DNA from: the human T2T-CHM13v2.0 reference genome, Homo sapiens
Length of the DNA stretch: 64,000 nt
Assembly: GCF_009914755.1 (NCBI RefSeq)
Contig: NC_060935.1
Reading direction: 5' to 3' (one strand)
Shown here: piece by piece, positions 37,274-57,466 of the stretch
How positions within the stretch are numbered: the stretch's first letter is position 1
How the letters are laid out: the number at the start of each line of letters is the position of its first letter
The notes under the pieces: model-generated
What the model saw: the letters and a program-made list of their open reading frames with translations, nothing else
The model's database searches: none
What the model was told of the DNA's origin: nothing
Position numbers and translations under genes: made by a program

Positions 37274-39249
37274 TAAGTGGGTGGTCAGGTCTGGTGGGTT
37301 GGATTCCTCCCTTTCCAAAGTACTTGGTAGCACCCTGAAGTCTCAGTGGAGAATGTTTATTCCTCTGGAAAATATAATAAACTGTGGAAGGGGAAATGAT
37401 TTGGTGAGTACTGCTGAGGACAGCAGGCCAAAGTTGTCTATTAATAACCATGTCTCATAGGTGTTGTTTTGAAGACTGTTCCCATCTATTATTTTTCTCC
37501 TCACAACACTGTAATATATTATACTATTAATAGCATTCTTTTTTTTTTTTTTTTTTCTGAGACAGGTCTTGCTCTGCCACCCAGGCTGGAGTGAGGTGCA
37601 AGCAGTCTTCCCATCTCAGCTTCTTGGGTAGCTGATCCTCAGGCACATGCCACCATGCCTGGCTAATTTTTTTTTTATTTTTTTAGAGACAAGGTGTCAC
37701 TATGTTGCCCAGGCAGGTCTTGAACTCCAGGCCTCAAGTGGTCCCCCAGCCTTGGCCTCCCAGAGTGCTGGGATTGCAGGCATAAACCACCGTGCCTTGC
37801 CAGGACCAGCATTTTTAACGTCCCTTTTGGCAGATACTGAAACTGGAGTTAACATTGAACTTGGGTTTAGGTCCTAACTTTGTGACTTTCTAGCTACGTG
37901 ACCTTGGGAAAGTTTAATTAGTTTCTTTGAACTTCAGTTTCGAAGTTTCTTCTGTACAACAGGAGATATCACTATTTTTGTGAAGATTATATTTGGGAAT
38001 TAATGTAAAGCATTTAATGCAAAGCTCAAAAATTAGCATTTAGTAAAATACTAACTTAACAACAAGCAAATAATGAACCAGTCAACAAAGATTTACTGGT
38101 GACAGTGACCTCAACTATTTACCTGAGGCCACACACAGTAGCTCGTTGGTAAAGGTGGGATGCGAGCACATTTCTCTGTCTCTGGACTTCATAGCCTCCC
38201 ATACTCATTCCACTAGACCAGCCTGCCTACAGGAAACACTAATGGCAGTGCCCTTAGCAGACCAGCTCCTGGGTTTCTTAACGTTTCACCCCATTTCATT
38301 CAGACCTGTTTTTTTTCAGAGCTGTGCCTATTGTTAGAGAAACTTAACTCGGAGAGTTTTAATAATATACTGATTACAGGAGCAGAAGGTTTTTTGGAAG
38401 CTACTCCAGAAGTTAGGGGTGTTTAGCCCCAGCCCCAGGTATACTAAGAGCAGGACTTGATGGTTGGGGTTTTTATCTCCATCTGCCCCAGGATTTCTGT
38501 GAATGCATTAGCCCAAAGCAGTCAGAACTTTGTGGCAGTCCTGACCAGACCACTTAAACTATTCTGTGCCTCACTTTCTCCAGCTGCGAAATGAGTAAAC
38601 AGACAGCCCATCTTCCTTCTCTTCCCTTCTCAGGAAAGTTGTAAATAGGCTCACCCTACATGTTAAGAGTTTAACTGTACCATTTTATAAAATGAAAGAT
38701 TTCTTTTTTGAACAGCCTAACAATAGCATATTAAGTTATTTGCTCATGGCATACCTAGCCAGCTAATTCTCTTAATGAATCCAGGCTTTTTTTCTTTTGC
38801 ATAGCATCTGATTGCACAAAGCCAATAGTTAAATATTTTGGCAGGTGACGAGTTAATGAGTATACTGCCAGCTAGGTCCAAATCACAGACACACCAGAGC
38901 ACAGGGCCCTTTTGATAAATTTTCTTTAACCCAACGCATCTAGCACCCTGGCCAACCATCCCATAGGTGCTCATGCTGACTGGGTTGCCAAGGTTACAGG
39001 AGCTGATATCATAATTGGTGTCTGAGCTCTGCCCCCCTAAATGGCCATGAGGAGCCACTTCAATTCAGACTAGGCCACGAAGCTCCTTAGTGAGGAGCTG
39101 CCATGCTGGGCCATCCACCATCTGGATTCCTACGACTCAGGGAATAGAACACTGCACCTTCCAGAAGCACTTGTTTCTTCGTGGGTACACCACCAGCTGA
39201 GAAAGAAGCCTCATGATGATTGTTGTCTTATGGATGCTTCTCATTGCAG

Positions 39250-39271
39250 GAACCATGTGGAAGGGATATAA
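39250..39271 (+). CDS. SPTY2D1OS: SPTY2D1OS coding exon 3 (QNHVEGI*); exon extends to 39287
   Basis: cttctcattgcag| acceptor, TAA 39269-39271, donor GGG|GTAAGT after 39287; total ORF 59 aa. Confidence 0.8.
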
Positions 39272-39863
39272 ATATCCCCCAGGAGGGGTAAGTGTACCTT
39301 CAACTTTGTTCTCTATTCCTACTTTGAAATGTATTCCCGCCCCCAAAACAAACTAAGTATGAAAATCCAACTCTAGTAACATTAGAAACAAATACTTTTA
39401 TTATTTTTTTAAAGTTACTGTAGCTGTTGGGAGGGTTCCCATTTTCTTTCACGTGATCTTTAAGGCCCAGAGTCAAAGCTTTCTGAGTTGGGCAGTCTTG
39501 TCTCTGTTGTGCTAATGGACATTTTGTATGCCCAGTCTTTGATGCCATTTCCTAAGGATCAGTCCACTTCAGAAATCCAAACTTCTCTCTTCCACAAGTA
39601 AACACTAGTCTGTAAAAGGGATCTGGTGGCAGATGTCTCTTTTCTCTCTCCTCCTGCTAGACCTTGGAATTTCTGTCTTTTCTCTGCCTCTTGTCAGCTC
39701 CCCAGTGCTAAGCTCCCCTTGCATCCGGGATCAGAGGCATTAGGTGAGACAGAATTGGAGGTAACCTCCCCTGCCAGTCCTTGCCTGGGAGGCCAAATGC
39801 CTAAGCCCCCACACTAGAAACCACTAGGCCTGCATGACACACACTTTCTTTTTTCCCCCACAG

Positions 39864-40300
<437 letters not shown>

Positions 40301-40963
40301 TGAGCCAATGCGCCCGGCATTACCGCATTTTTTAAGATGAATGAAGACTTAGTATTCTGTTAGCTTGTAACAGAGAGACAGAGGGTGGGGAAGTAGTTGA
40401 GTGGATGGGAGACAATTGGGTCCTTCTGCTACATGGTCTCTAAGACTGGCATTAAGATACCTAGTTTTGCCTGGCGCGATGGCTCACACGTGTGATCTCA
40501 GCACTTTGGGAGGCCAACACAGGTGGATCATCTAGGATCAGGAGTTCAAGACCAGCCTTGCCAACATGGTGAAACCCCGTCTCTACTAAAAATACAAAAA
40601 ATTAGCTAGGGCGTGGTGTGGTGGCACGTCTGTAGTCCCAGCTACTCGGGAGGCAGTGGTTGCAGTGAGCTGAGATCGGCCACTGCACTCCAGCCTGGGT
40701 GACAGAGTGAGACTCAGTCTCAAAAGAAAAAAAAAAAAGAACCCTAAGCTTATACCATGTGGGGTAAGAAACTCATTTTTAATATTAGGGTTAAATACTG
40801 AAGTATAATTATCCTAATCCTTAAAATAACCTTCTGAAGCTATTAGCCTCATCTTACAAAATGGCAAAAATGAAGTTGAGGGGCATGTTTATCTTGCCAA
40901 CACACACAGCCCTGGGCTGCAGAGTCAAGATTAAGATCCAGGCCTTCTCCCTTCACACTTTCA

Positions 40964-41707
<744 letters not shown>

Positions 41708-41805
41708 TTATGTGATTTAGACTCAACATTTTCCAGTGAGTTAAGTACTTACATCCTCTGGCTGTATAGCTCTGCCCATTTGCCTCGTAATACATTTTTT
41801 TTTGA

Positions 41806-41907
<102 letters not shown>

Positions 41908-42489
41908 TGAGTAGCAGGGATTACAACGCACGCCACATTTTTGTATTTTTAGTAGAGACGGAGTTTTGCCATGTTGGCCAGGCTGGTCTCGAACTCCCAG
42001 CCTCAAGTGATCCACCTGCTTCTACCTCCCAAAGTGCTGGGATTACAGGTGTGAGCCACTGTGCCCAGCCTGCCTCATATACATTTCTAAGGACTCCTCT
42101 TCTCAGCCATCTCAAGCTGCTTTTATCATAAGAGATAGGACCCTGCTCATTTTGACAAGAGGAACCATATACCCAGCTGTGTCCTCCCTCCATTTGAGTA
42201 AACTTCCAAAACTTGAGCCACTAAAAGATTCCATTGCTCTGACCACCTAACAGTTCTCCCAACATGGGTCAGAGAGCAGAACAGTTCTCTAAGCTGGTAG
42301 GGGGAGAGAAGCTCTATCATGTTAGAGCAGACATGAATGTGTAAGGGAGAATAAGCAGAGGAGTGTGTGCAATAGGCAAACCATATCTCTGAAGTGTGAT
42401 GAGTATACCGAGGTTTCTAGCTGGAAAAATGTTCAGGGTGATGAGATAAAGAATATCTCAAAGTTTTAATCAATAAATGCAAACCAGCA

Positions 42490-45953
<3,464 letters not shown>

Positions 45954-46047
45954 CTAACGCCTCTTCAGCTTCTTGGCCCTTCGACGTTGCATTTCTTCTT
46001 CTTCACGTCTCATTTCCTCTAAGTCCTCTTGCATACCCAGTCTTAAG
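45954..46047 (-). CDS. SPTY2D1: SPTY2D1 last coding exon (SLRLGMQEDLEEMRREEEEMQRRRAKKLKRR*)
   Basis: ggcag| acceptor; TAG at 45954-45956; exons 2-6 total 1998 nt, consistent with a 685-aa protein if exon 1 supplies 20 codons (length recalled, not visible here). Confidence 0.95.
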
Positions 46048-47569
46048 CTGCCAAAGAATTTTTAAAGGGTATTTGTCAATATACATGAGATGACCACTTT
46101 CCTTAAAAAGAATGAAAATTCCAACTGGGAGCTCACATGGATTGTGCTGATGCTCTCAAAATGCCTCAAGGCTTTACCACTGAAAACAAACTAGCGGGGA
46201 TATTTTTTTACCAGGGGCCACAGACTCAAATTGTCGTGGGAAAAAGAACTCACACACCACAAAAACCTTACTATTTCCATTAAAATAATAAAATATAGGT
46301 TTATCTCAATAGCTTTTAAAAATAAACAGCAAGAAGCATTTATTCATTAACTAACATTCTATTCTTGTTCTCTTCCAACACTTTAGTTTGAAATTTTATG
46401 GGCAAGAGGGAGAAAAAGATATAGTATTCTGGCTTGAGACTGAAGTGAATTATTTACCTATAATAACATTATGGCCGGGCACAGTGGCTCACACCTGTAA
46501 TCCCAGCACTTTAGGAAGCCGAGCCAGGCGGATCACCTGAGGTCAGGAGTTTGAGACCAGCCTGGCCAACATATGGTGAAACCCCATCTCTACTAAAAAT
46601 TACAAAAATTAGCTGGGCGTGGTAGCGCACACCTGTAGTCCCAGCTACTTGGGAAGCTGAGGCAGAAGAATCGCTTGAACCCGGGGAGGTGGGGGTTGCA
46701 GTGAGCCGTGACCATGCCACCGCACTCCAGCCTTGGCGACAGAGCAAGACCCTGTCTCTTAAAAAAAAAAAAAAAAAAAAAAAACAATACTATAAACAAA
46801 GTAATTACTTTTTACCCCAATAGAGAAAGTATCATTAGCTTACTATCAGATAGCCAAACAGAAATCAGAGGAAATGTAATATACCTACATCCCTGAGGCC
46901 AGCAATGTTACAGGTTACCAAGATTGAGATGTGTCTGATGCAGAAAGAAAAGCAAGAATTTGCTACAACAGGATTAGGGAAAGCATCTAACATTTACTGT
47001 GTATCCACACATGTGAGGCACTGCACTAGGCATCTTGTACACGTCTTAATCCTCATTATACTTAAATGAGTAAAACAGTATATTCTCATTTTACAAAAGA
47101 AAATAGGCTGGGCATGGTGGCTCACACCTATAATCCCAACACTTTGTGAGGCTAAGGCAGGAGGATTGCTTGAGCCCAGGACTTTGGGACCAGCCTGGAT
47201 AACAAAGCAAGACCCCATCTCTTAAAAACAAAACAAACAAAAAAAACAGTGATGGTCCAGTGCAGTGGCTCATGCCTGTAATCCCAGCACTTTGGGAGGC
47301 TGAGATGGGAGGATCACTTGAGGCCAGGGGTTTGAGACTAGCCTGGTCAACATAGCGAGACCCCATCTCTGTTAAAAAACAAAAAAACAAAAACCAGTGA
47401 AAAAACAGAACTGTTAAGGAATTTGTCCAAGGCCCCACAGCTAGTAAACAGGATTGGAATCCAGAATTCTCTGGCCCAAAGCCCCAGTTCCCAATGGTGC
47501 AATTGTAGCAATAAGCAGAAAGGAATTTTCAGGACATTTTTGCACAAGTATGCTAAATTTTATGCTTAC

Positions 47570-47647
47570 CTCTTTGCTTCTTCCTTCTGCTGCTCTTTCC
47601 AACTACTTTCCATGTAACGTAAGGCATAATCACTTTCATCTTTGTAT
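47570..47647 (-). CDS. SPTY2D1: SPTY2D1 exon 5 (YKDESDYALRYMESSWKEQQKEEAK), 78 nt
   Basis: atcag| acceptor, GAG|gtaagc donor; SPT2 motif MES---EQQ-EE; phase 2 to 2. Confidence 0.95.
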
Positions 47648-48406
47648 CTGATAAAAGGAAATCAAAATGATAAAAAGAGAAAACTTCAATTTTCTAAAGG
47701 AACTACGTCCTCTCATTTAAAAAATCAATATCTCCTTTAAAACTAAATCAAGCACACATTTAGAATTATTCCTTGCTTGGCAGCGAGTGAGGGGAGTGGA
47801 GGATGGATAGGTTTCTGAAGTAAAGACAAGTTTTAGATAAGCCCTTATTACCCTCAGAGGGCAACTATTCTGAAGCTAATGTTCATGAAGGTACCAATCC
47901 TACAGCGCTTCCTCAACTCACTCACCTACATTTACTTGATAATTTATATTAAAATTTGAAAGCACAGTATATATGAAAATTATTTTGTATATAATAATCT
48001 AATTTGAGCTTCATGACCATCATGAGGTGGGGAAAGACTTTAGACCAGAGGAAACTGAAGCAGTTGAGTTAACAGACTGACCAAGAACATACAGCTTGTT
48101 TTTTCAAGAGCCAATCTACTTCTACTACACTAAGCTGCTTCCATCTCACTAAATATATATCTTATAAGAATAACAATTTAAAAGGGTTATTTTTTGTTCC
48201 TCATGCAAATAACTACAGAAACTATTTTGAATTAAATATAAAATATTTAGTGCTAAAAGAGTACGTTTATTTAAATAACAATCACCCAAGGGTTCCTAAT
48301 TAAGAATTGTATTCAGTGCCTCCACTATTAGTTTATTACCCCATGACATGAATTATTCAAAATAAAAAAAGGATGTCATAGTTATCTGAATCTTCTTTAG
48401 TCTTAC

Positions 48407-48581
48407 TTTTTTCGGTCATAACCAAAGATTTCTCTAATGTGCTTGGATATTTCTTCCTGAGGCTCTCCTTCATCTTCAATAAAATCTTCCATTTCAGAGT
48501 CGTATTCATCATCATCATCATCTTCCTCTTCATATTCTCGCTGCCTTTTGTAACCAGTAGGGAAGGGAAGCCTTTGAGGAC
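48407..48581 (-). CDS. SPTY2D1: SPTY2D1 exon 4 (GPQRLPFPTGYKRQREYEEEDDDDDEYDSEMEDFIEDEGEPQEEISKHIREIFGYDRK), 175 nt
   Basis: ttag| acceptor, |gtaaga donor; conserved SPT2 acidic / I-FGYD motif. Confidence 0.95.
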
Positions 48582-48808
48582 CTAAGAAACCATTATTTAT
48601 AAGAATATTACAATTTAAAATAGTTCCAATGCAGTTCTATGTAAACTGAAATTGTGAGTCATCATTAAGATGGTATCCTTTAAAACCAGAGCAAGCAGGC
48701 TGGCCCTTAGCGCAGAGCCATCATCCTTGCTGTGTCATGGTATCCAGAAGGAACAGAACTCCTGTTTTATCCCAGGGCTTACCAGAAATATCTTGTTACA
48801 TTTTCTAG

Positions 48809-49163
<355 letters not shown>

Positions 49164-49529
49164 TAAAATTTCTAAAAATAAATACAATTTACAAACCTCC
49201 ACAGAATCATTAACTTTTGCCAAGACACCAAAAGTAGCAACTACCATCTACTATAATCACAATTTCATTTAAAAATTTAAAGTTGAATGAAGTATGAATG
49301 ACTCTCAGAATTATATTGTTCAAACTGAGTAAGTTTGACTGTAGGAAAAACTCACTACATTATCCTTATTTTTGTCATTTTACCAAAAGACTGATAAAAA
49401 CTTTGCAAAAGACAGGCATTGATCAACAGCCCAGGATCTGGGAACAACTACTTTCTAGTTTTTGATTACAGACACTTCTTTTGTTCTTCTACGGTTGTTT
49501 TTAATATGCATGGCTTGTCTCCCTAGCTT

Positions 49530-49722
49530 AGTTTCTCAACCTTAGCTCAATGACATTTCGGACCAGATAATTCTTTGCTGTCAGGGGGCTATCCCATGCA
49601 TTGTTTGTCAGCAGCATCCCTGTCCTCTATTCAGTAGATGCCAGTGGCATCCCCCATCCCCAGTTGTGACGATTGCCAAAAGTCCCCTGGAGGGCAAAAT
49701 TGCCCTTGTTAAGAATCAATGG
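49530..49722. mobile_element. MER20 DNA transposon
   Basis: gtttctcaacctt..gacatttcggaccagataattctttg ... agggcaaaattgccc. Confidence 0.8.
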
Positions 49723-50655
49723 TCTAGTTGAACTAGGAAATTTAAAACAAGTAATTCAATCATTGGTTCCTTTTTATATTCTCCGTGGAGCCTAACAAGT
49801 GCTTTAATAAATCTCTATTAGCATAAAGCAAGTACGACCTAGCAGCTAGCAGGTGCCACCAATGATCATATACCTTGGGACAGCAGATTCCTGAAGGATC
49901 AGTGTTTAGGATCTTGATACTAACCATTATAACAAGCAGAAACACAAGTACAATCTAAAAACAGTTCCTGGCACATAATGGGTGCCCAAGAAATATCTGC
50001 TGAATAAGCTTCCGATTATACCCTGATCCTTGAAGACAGGTCTCTTTAGTCCTCAGGAAAAAGTAGATTAATTCATCCATTGCAGCATACATATGTAAGT
50101 CACGTACATTCACCCTGAATGTTCACAAATCACAAAGCTAAGTTTATCACACTTAGGGACATTTCAAGGGTGAACACAGAGATCCTAGACAAGTCTCTTT
50201 CTAAAGACCTTTCCAAGCCATTAAAGGAACTCTCAGCAGGGAATAGTGACTCATGACTATAATCCCAGTATTTTGGGAAGCTGAGGAAGGCGGATCTCTG
50301 AGCCCCGGAGTTAGAAACTAGTATAGGCAACATACTGAAACCCCATCTCTATAAAAAATAGAAAGTTAGCCAGGCATGGTGGCACACGCCTATAGTCCCA
50401 GCTACCTGGGAAGCTAAGGTGGGAGAACTGCTTGAGCCTGTGATTGTGCCTGGGCAACAGAGCAAGACCCTGTCTCAAAAACAAAAAAACAAGGAACTCT
50501 CAACCACAAGGCAGATAAAACATCACGATTCTATCAACACTACAGCACATTAAAGGACAGCACATGAGGGGTTCAAAGGGTCCCTGATAATATAAAAACT
50601 CTTTCCAATTTCCTAATGACAAATATATACTCTTTCGGGTGAGGGGAAATTTTAC

Positions 50656-52191
50656 CTTGGGCAGCTCTGTAGCCAGATAGGGGAGGCTTCATTCCATTCA
50701 TCTGTCCATTGCTGGACCGGCTAATGATATTCTTGGAAGAAATTGTTTCGGAGACAACAGTGCACTTAGGCTTTATAGTGGGACCTGAGCTACTAACTGT
50801 TTGCCCAGGTCCCAAGCTGCTCACTGGTCTTCCTGGGACTGAATTACTGACAGTCCGTCCAGCTGGAATTGAGCCACTTATGGATCTCCCAGGGCCACTG
50901 ACAGACCGCCCCGGGGGGCCCAAGCCACTCACTGGTCGTCGAAGTTCATGTGGACTGCTCACAGGCCGGCCAGGGCCACGAGAGCTGCCCAAGGGTCTTG
51001 CAGAACTAACTGAACCACTGATGGGTCGCCCAGGGCCACCTGAGCTGCTTGCAGGTTGTCCAGGGCCACATGTACCACTGACTGTCCGCCTAGAGGGATT
51101 TGAGTCATTGGTTGGCTTCTTGGACCCACTGATTGATCGCTCAGGTCCTGAGCTGGAGCTGCCATTCTGGCGCCTAGGCACAGGGCCAGAACTAACTGTG
51201 GGTCGAGCAACCCCTGTGCTGGGCTGCCCAGGGGCTGAGCTAGAGCTGCTGCCTGGCTGCCTGACACCTGGACTCTTAGCCTTATTGTGTGGGGTGACCA
51301 TGGGCCCAGGCCTGGAATGGCTAGGATGGGACAGAGATTTTTTGGCTTTGTGCTCAACAGCAGATTTCTGAGTCCTGCTAGCAGAAGTCTTTGGGACACT
51401 TGGTGAAGAGGTGCTGGAATGAGGCTTTCCAGCTCCATTAAAAACAGGTTTGTCGTGGCCCTCACGAAGTGAGGGTTGGGAGCTATTGCCAGATCCTGCC
51501 TTGATCCTCTCTCCTGGCATGGATTTGGATGAAGACAAAGCGAGGTGTTTCTCATTGGCCATGCTGGGTCTTGATTTCTTCTCAGCATGAGGAAGGGGCA
51601 TTCCTTTGGAAGAAGGATGCCTGTCTCCAGAACCTTTGCTAAGTTTTGTGCCCACACTTTCTTTCTGAGAGGGTGCCTTTTTGGACACAGTTGGAGGTAG
51701 TTTTCCATCTGTCTCAAGTTTTTTTCTCCTATGCTTTCGTTCAAGGAATTCTCGCTCCCTAAGTTCTTCTGCGGTCATAGGTCGCTCTTCTGATTTCTTC
51801 ACTACCTTGATTTCCACTGGTTCAAACTGCTTTTTCTCAGCCAGCCTGAGTAAATCAGTGAAGTTCATGGGTGGTGGGGCACTTTTAAGGGGGACCTTTG
51901 GTTTGCTTTCAACTTTGGGAGGTTCTTGCTCTTCCTCATACTCCTGCTCTGACTCTGCGTGATTGTACTCGAGGAATTCATTCTCTTCTTCCATTTCATA
52001 CTCTCGGTCGGTTCCTTGGCTGGTATGGCTTTCTGTTGCCTGCCTCTTCTTTGACTTTTCCTCAATAGGAATCCCATTGTAACCATGGAAATTATCCTTT
52101 GTCCTCTTGGCCATAGCTCTTGCTTTCTTGTCATGTTTGAGCTCAATTCGCTTTTTCACTAGTTCCTCTTTTCTCCTTTTCTCCTCTAAGG
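50656..52191 (-). CDS. SPTY2D1: SPTY2D1 exon 3, 1536 nt (charged region plus Ser/Gly/Pro-rich low-complexity region)
   Basis: 543-aa ORF trimmed to ttttag| acceptor and CAAG|gtaaaa donor; recognised as SPT2 homolog. Confidence 0.96.
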
Positions 52192-52825
52192 CTAAAAGGG
52201 ACAAAACAAGAATATGTTATTACTTCGAGATCTCAAGATTGCAGTATGCTCAAGTGAAAACACAACGTTCAGGTTACAGTTTGAAGACATCTAGGAATCA
52301 AATGAGGAAGTCATGTGAACAAGTATCAATTGAGTCATCTTTACATAATGAGTGGGAGACATATGGGTTTTTCTATATGACTAAGCAAGTGGGAGACTTG
52401 GTTTTCAGCTTTAAATATACAAAATACTTCAAACCAAATACATTACCAAGTTAAGAGAACATTAGTATCCACTTAGTAGTTGTTATTAATTATGATTCAA
52501 TGAATACTTAAACATATTGAATCAGTTTCTTTGTATTTGCATGAAGTAGAACTATTCGAAATAAAGACTTTAAAACTTATCTCTATTTTAGCCTTTTAGA
52601 TAGCATTCTGTTAATAAAAATTAAAATACAAAATGGGTAGAAACACTTTCAGAACCAAGATTAAAGAAAGAATGGAGTTCTTACTGGGGACTTACTATGG
52701 CCAATTAGAAGACATGGCTACTAACCCCCAAAAAGCTGTTACTTCAAGGGGAGAAAAAAAGAAAACGTTTATACAAATGATCGAGGTAACATATGTAAAG
52801 CCATGAATACAGTCAGTTAACCTGG

Positions 52826-52853
<28 letters not shown>
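52826..52853. repeat. (AC)14 microsatellite in SPTY2D1 intron 2
   Basis: Read directly. Confidence 0.95.
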
Positions 52854-52856
<3 letters not shown>

Positions 52857-52965
52857 CCCAAATCTGTTGGCCTGTTATGTTTTTATAGACAGCCACTGGT
52901 TTAGTACAAGCTAGATGGTGAAGATGGAATACTTTAAAATTGAGAATAAGGCTATAGATACATAC

Positions 52966-53080
52966 CTTTTCGTCTCAGCTCCTCTTCTTTCCTTTTAAGA
53001 AAAGCTTGTACAGCTGCTGATTGGACACCTTTAACTTTTGGGTCTTTTTTTGGAGGCCCCACTGCCAAACTATACCTTTT
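52966..53080 (-). CDS. SPTY2D1: SPTY2D1 exon 2 (KRYSLAVGPPKKDPKVKGVQSAAVQAFLKRKEEELRRK+G), 115 nt
   Basis: ttttag| acceptor, AAG|gtatgt donor; in frame with exon 3; exon 1 not found in the window. Confidence 0.93.
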
Positions 53081-53554
53081 CTAAAAACAAAAACAGTAAA
53101 AGTTAGAAGCAATTCAACTTTTAAAATACATTATTAGGTATAAGGCACTGTGCCAGGTAATAAGAGGTATAAATGTTAACTGTGAAACCTATTCTGAATA
53201 ATTGAGAGATCATATAACCCATAATAAAGCTTAGCTATAAAATTTCAGACTATTTTTTACGTATGGTGATTTTGGGGTACAAAGTTTCCATGTAACATCC
53301 CAAAATAATGCATAAATGAACAATTCACAGAAACACTGTTTTCAGGCTATTTTCCAAAAAAGAACCTGGACTGGGTAACTAAATGAAATCACCACTTAGA
53401 AGAATCGATTATTTGTGTTTTAAAATTCTGATTTAGGCTGGGCTCAGGGTCTCATGCCTGTAATCTCAGCACTTTGGGAGGCGGAGGCGGGCGAATCATG
53501 AGATCTGGAGTTCGAGATCAGCCTGGCCAACATGGTGAAACCCCATTCCTACTA

Positions 53555-53764
<210 letters not shown>

Positions 53765-53811
53765 TCACGCCTATAATCCCAACACTTTGGGCGGCTGAGG
53801 TGGGAGGATTA

Positions 53812-54036
<225 letters not shown>

Positions 54037-55628
54037 TCAATCTATAAGTAAGTAAGTAAGTAAGTAAATGTATAAAATTCTGAGTTTAAAAATAGCCTGC
54101 CTTAGAAAGAAGCATTTCAAAGTCCAACTTTTCAAACGAACAGAAAAAACTACTCCTCACAACTATTTTCTCTCCTGACTACTCCAGATGATTTCCTAGT
54201 AGAGACTCATAGCTACATGTTTTATTTTGCTTAGAACACGGAAACACTGAGGTTTTACTTTGACCACACACAAAGGCTGGGGCAAACCACAGCAAAAAAG
54301 CATTTCAAAAAATCTATGCAATAAAGGCCCAATTCCCAGCAACCTTTAACTGTAGCTCTTATGTTCACTAAATGTTAATTTGCCTCACAACCTCCTTTTT
54401 AGACAGGTTCCTATAACACCCAAAAAAAGCTTACATTATCCTGGCACAGATGAAGTCTCTGGACCTCAGTTTTTATATAACTGCATCAAGAAATTACTAA
54501 ACTCAAGTAATGTTAATTTGAACTATAAAAGGAAAAATATTTCCACTTTATAAGTACCTATTATGAGAGAAATATGACGAACATAGAGCTAAAATAAATT
54601 CAGACCAGGGATGATTCACCTCTACGACCATTCCACATTAAATCCAGGAAATAAGATTTTTAAAGTATCCTCCTTTTTTTGTTTTGTTAGGCAGATGCAT
54701 TCTCATCTAACGTACCTGTTGCTGTGGCTAGCAGAAAAAGAAACATGTCCAAGAACAAATTGAGACAACTTAGGAACAACTTAGGAACCAAAAAAGTATT
54801 CCCAAATATGTATGAAATTCTTGGAGGAAAACCAAAAGATATGTGCTTACTATAAGGCTGCCAAATACGACGTATCTTGAAACAGGCTGGAAGTTTCAAC
54901 TAAATTAGTCTGCCAACAAAGCAGCTGGCCAAGGAAGCAGGCTCTAATTCAACCTGAAAATCTTGCATGATAGCAATGCTGAGAAGTGACATATCCCTAA
55001 TAGAGAGAAGTCCCAAGATAGCATCCAGATTTCTTTCCCAGTCACCTTGGCTAGGCCATAGTGAGATCCTTTAAAGTCCATATCTTTGTAAATTTAATTT
55101 TAGACTCTTTCCATAGTGGATAGGGGCTCAATATTTAAAGGAGAAAAGGGAGAAAGAAAGGGAGAGGAGAAAGGAGAAGTAATACTGCTAACCTAACTAG
55201 ATATATATAAAATTGCCCTTGTTTACAAGAAAAGAACCACAAACATAGGTATTAATCACAAGGAGCTTACATTTTCATTGTGGAAAGGGCACCATGAATA
55301 TGATTCAAATGAAGACATACAAAAAACTCATAAGCAGAGGCACACACTCACTCCACTCCATCCCATTAAGGGATTTGGAAGCAGAAGAAGGTGGATTTTT
55401 TTTCACTAACACTTAAGATTTTCCTGGCCAGGCGCAGTGGCTCAAGCCTGTAATCCTAGCACTTTAGGAGGCTGAGGCGGGAGGACAGCTTGAGCCCAGG
55501 AGTTAAGACGCCAGCCTGGACAACATGGTGAGAACTCATCTCTTTAAAAAAAAAAAAAAAAAAAAGGCTGGGTGCAGTGACTTACACCTGTAATCCCAGA
55601 ACTTTGGGAGGCTGAGGCAGGCGGATCA

Positions 55629-55880
<252 letters not shown>

Positions 55881-56344
55881 TTATATAGCTCATAGAGTTA
55901 CAAAGCCCCATACAAATCAAAGCCCCATGCAAGGTTTTCCCCAAGAAAAATGCAAATACATATATTAGCATTACTTATTTTAAACAGGACTGGTTTGCTG
56001 TCCAAATAACCCAGCATTGAGCACTATCTAACATGATTTTGGGATAGATATCTTTCATCTTAACCTGGGACTGCAAGAGATAGAAAGTGGGATATGACAA
56101 ACCGAAAAGCTGCTCTTGACTGAATACTGGTATCCAAAAGGGAAAACATCAGTGTCAATGGGGCATAGTTTAATGCAGTGTTCAGTAAGCTTCAGTCATT
56201 TGCATACTACCTTTATGATTTTTGCCTTTGTGGTATACTACCCCTACCATTACTTACTAATTTAAAAAAACATACAGAGTTGGCCAGGTGCGGTGGTTCA
56301 CGCCTGTAATCCCAGCACTTTGGGAGGACAAGGCGGGCAGATCA

Positions 56345-56614
<270 letters not shown>

Positions 56615-56756
56615 TCAGCAATAATATCCACAAAATGACTGACTTGAACAACTAGTTATATTTTTCCAATTCATATAAAAATACATACTATTAAGCCGGG
56701 CACGGTGGCTGACACCTTTAATCCCAGCACTTTGGGAGGCCAAGGCGGGCGGATCA

Positions 56757-57351
<595 letters not shown>

Positions 57352-57412
57352 TCAGCCTGGGTGATTGTACTCTACCCTGGGTGAGAAGAGTGAAACTCTG
57401 TCTCAAAAAACA

Positions 57413-57466
57413 GAAAAGAAAAGAAAAGAAAAGAAAAGAAAAGAAAAGAAAAGAAAAGAAAAGAAA
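57413..57466. repeat. (GAAAA)~10 Alu-tail microsatellite; also (AAC)n at ~59055-59090 and (TAAG)n at ~54045-54066
   Basis: Read directly. Confidence 0.9.

Noticed and set aside
50709-51744. 220-aa antisense and 261-aa alternate-frame ORFs over SPTY2D1 exon 3
   Set aside because: Shadows of the biased Ser/Gly/Pro/Arg codon usage; no independent start or splice support
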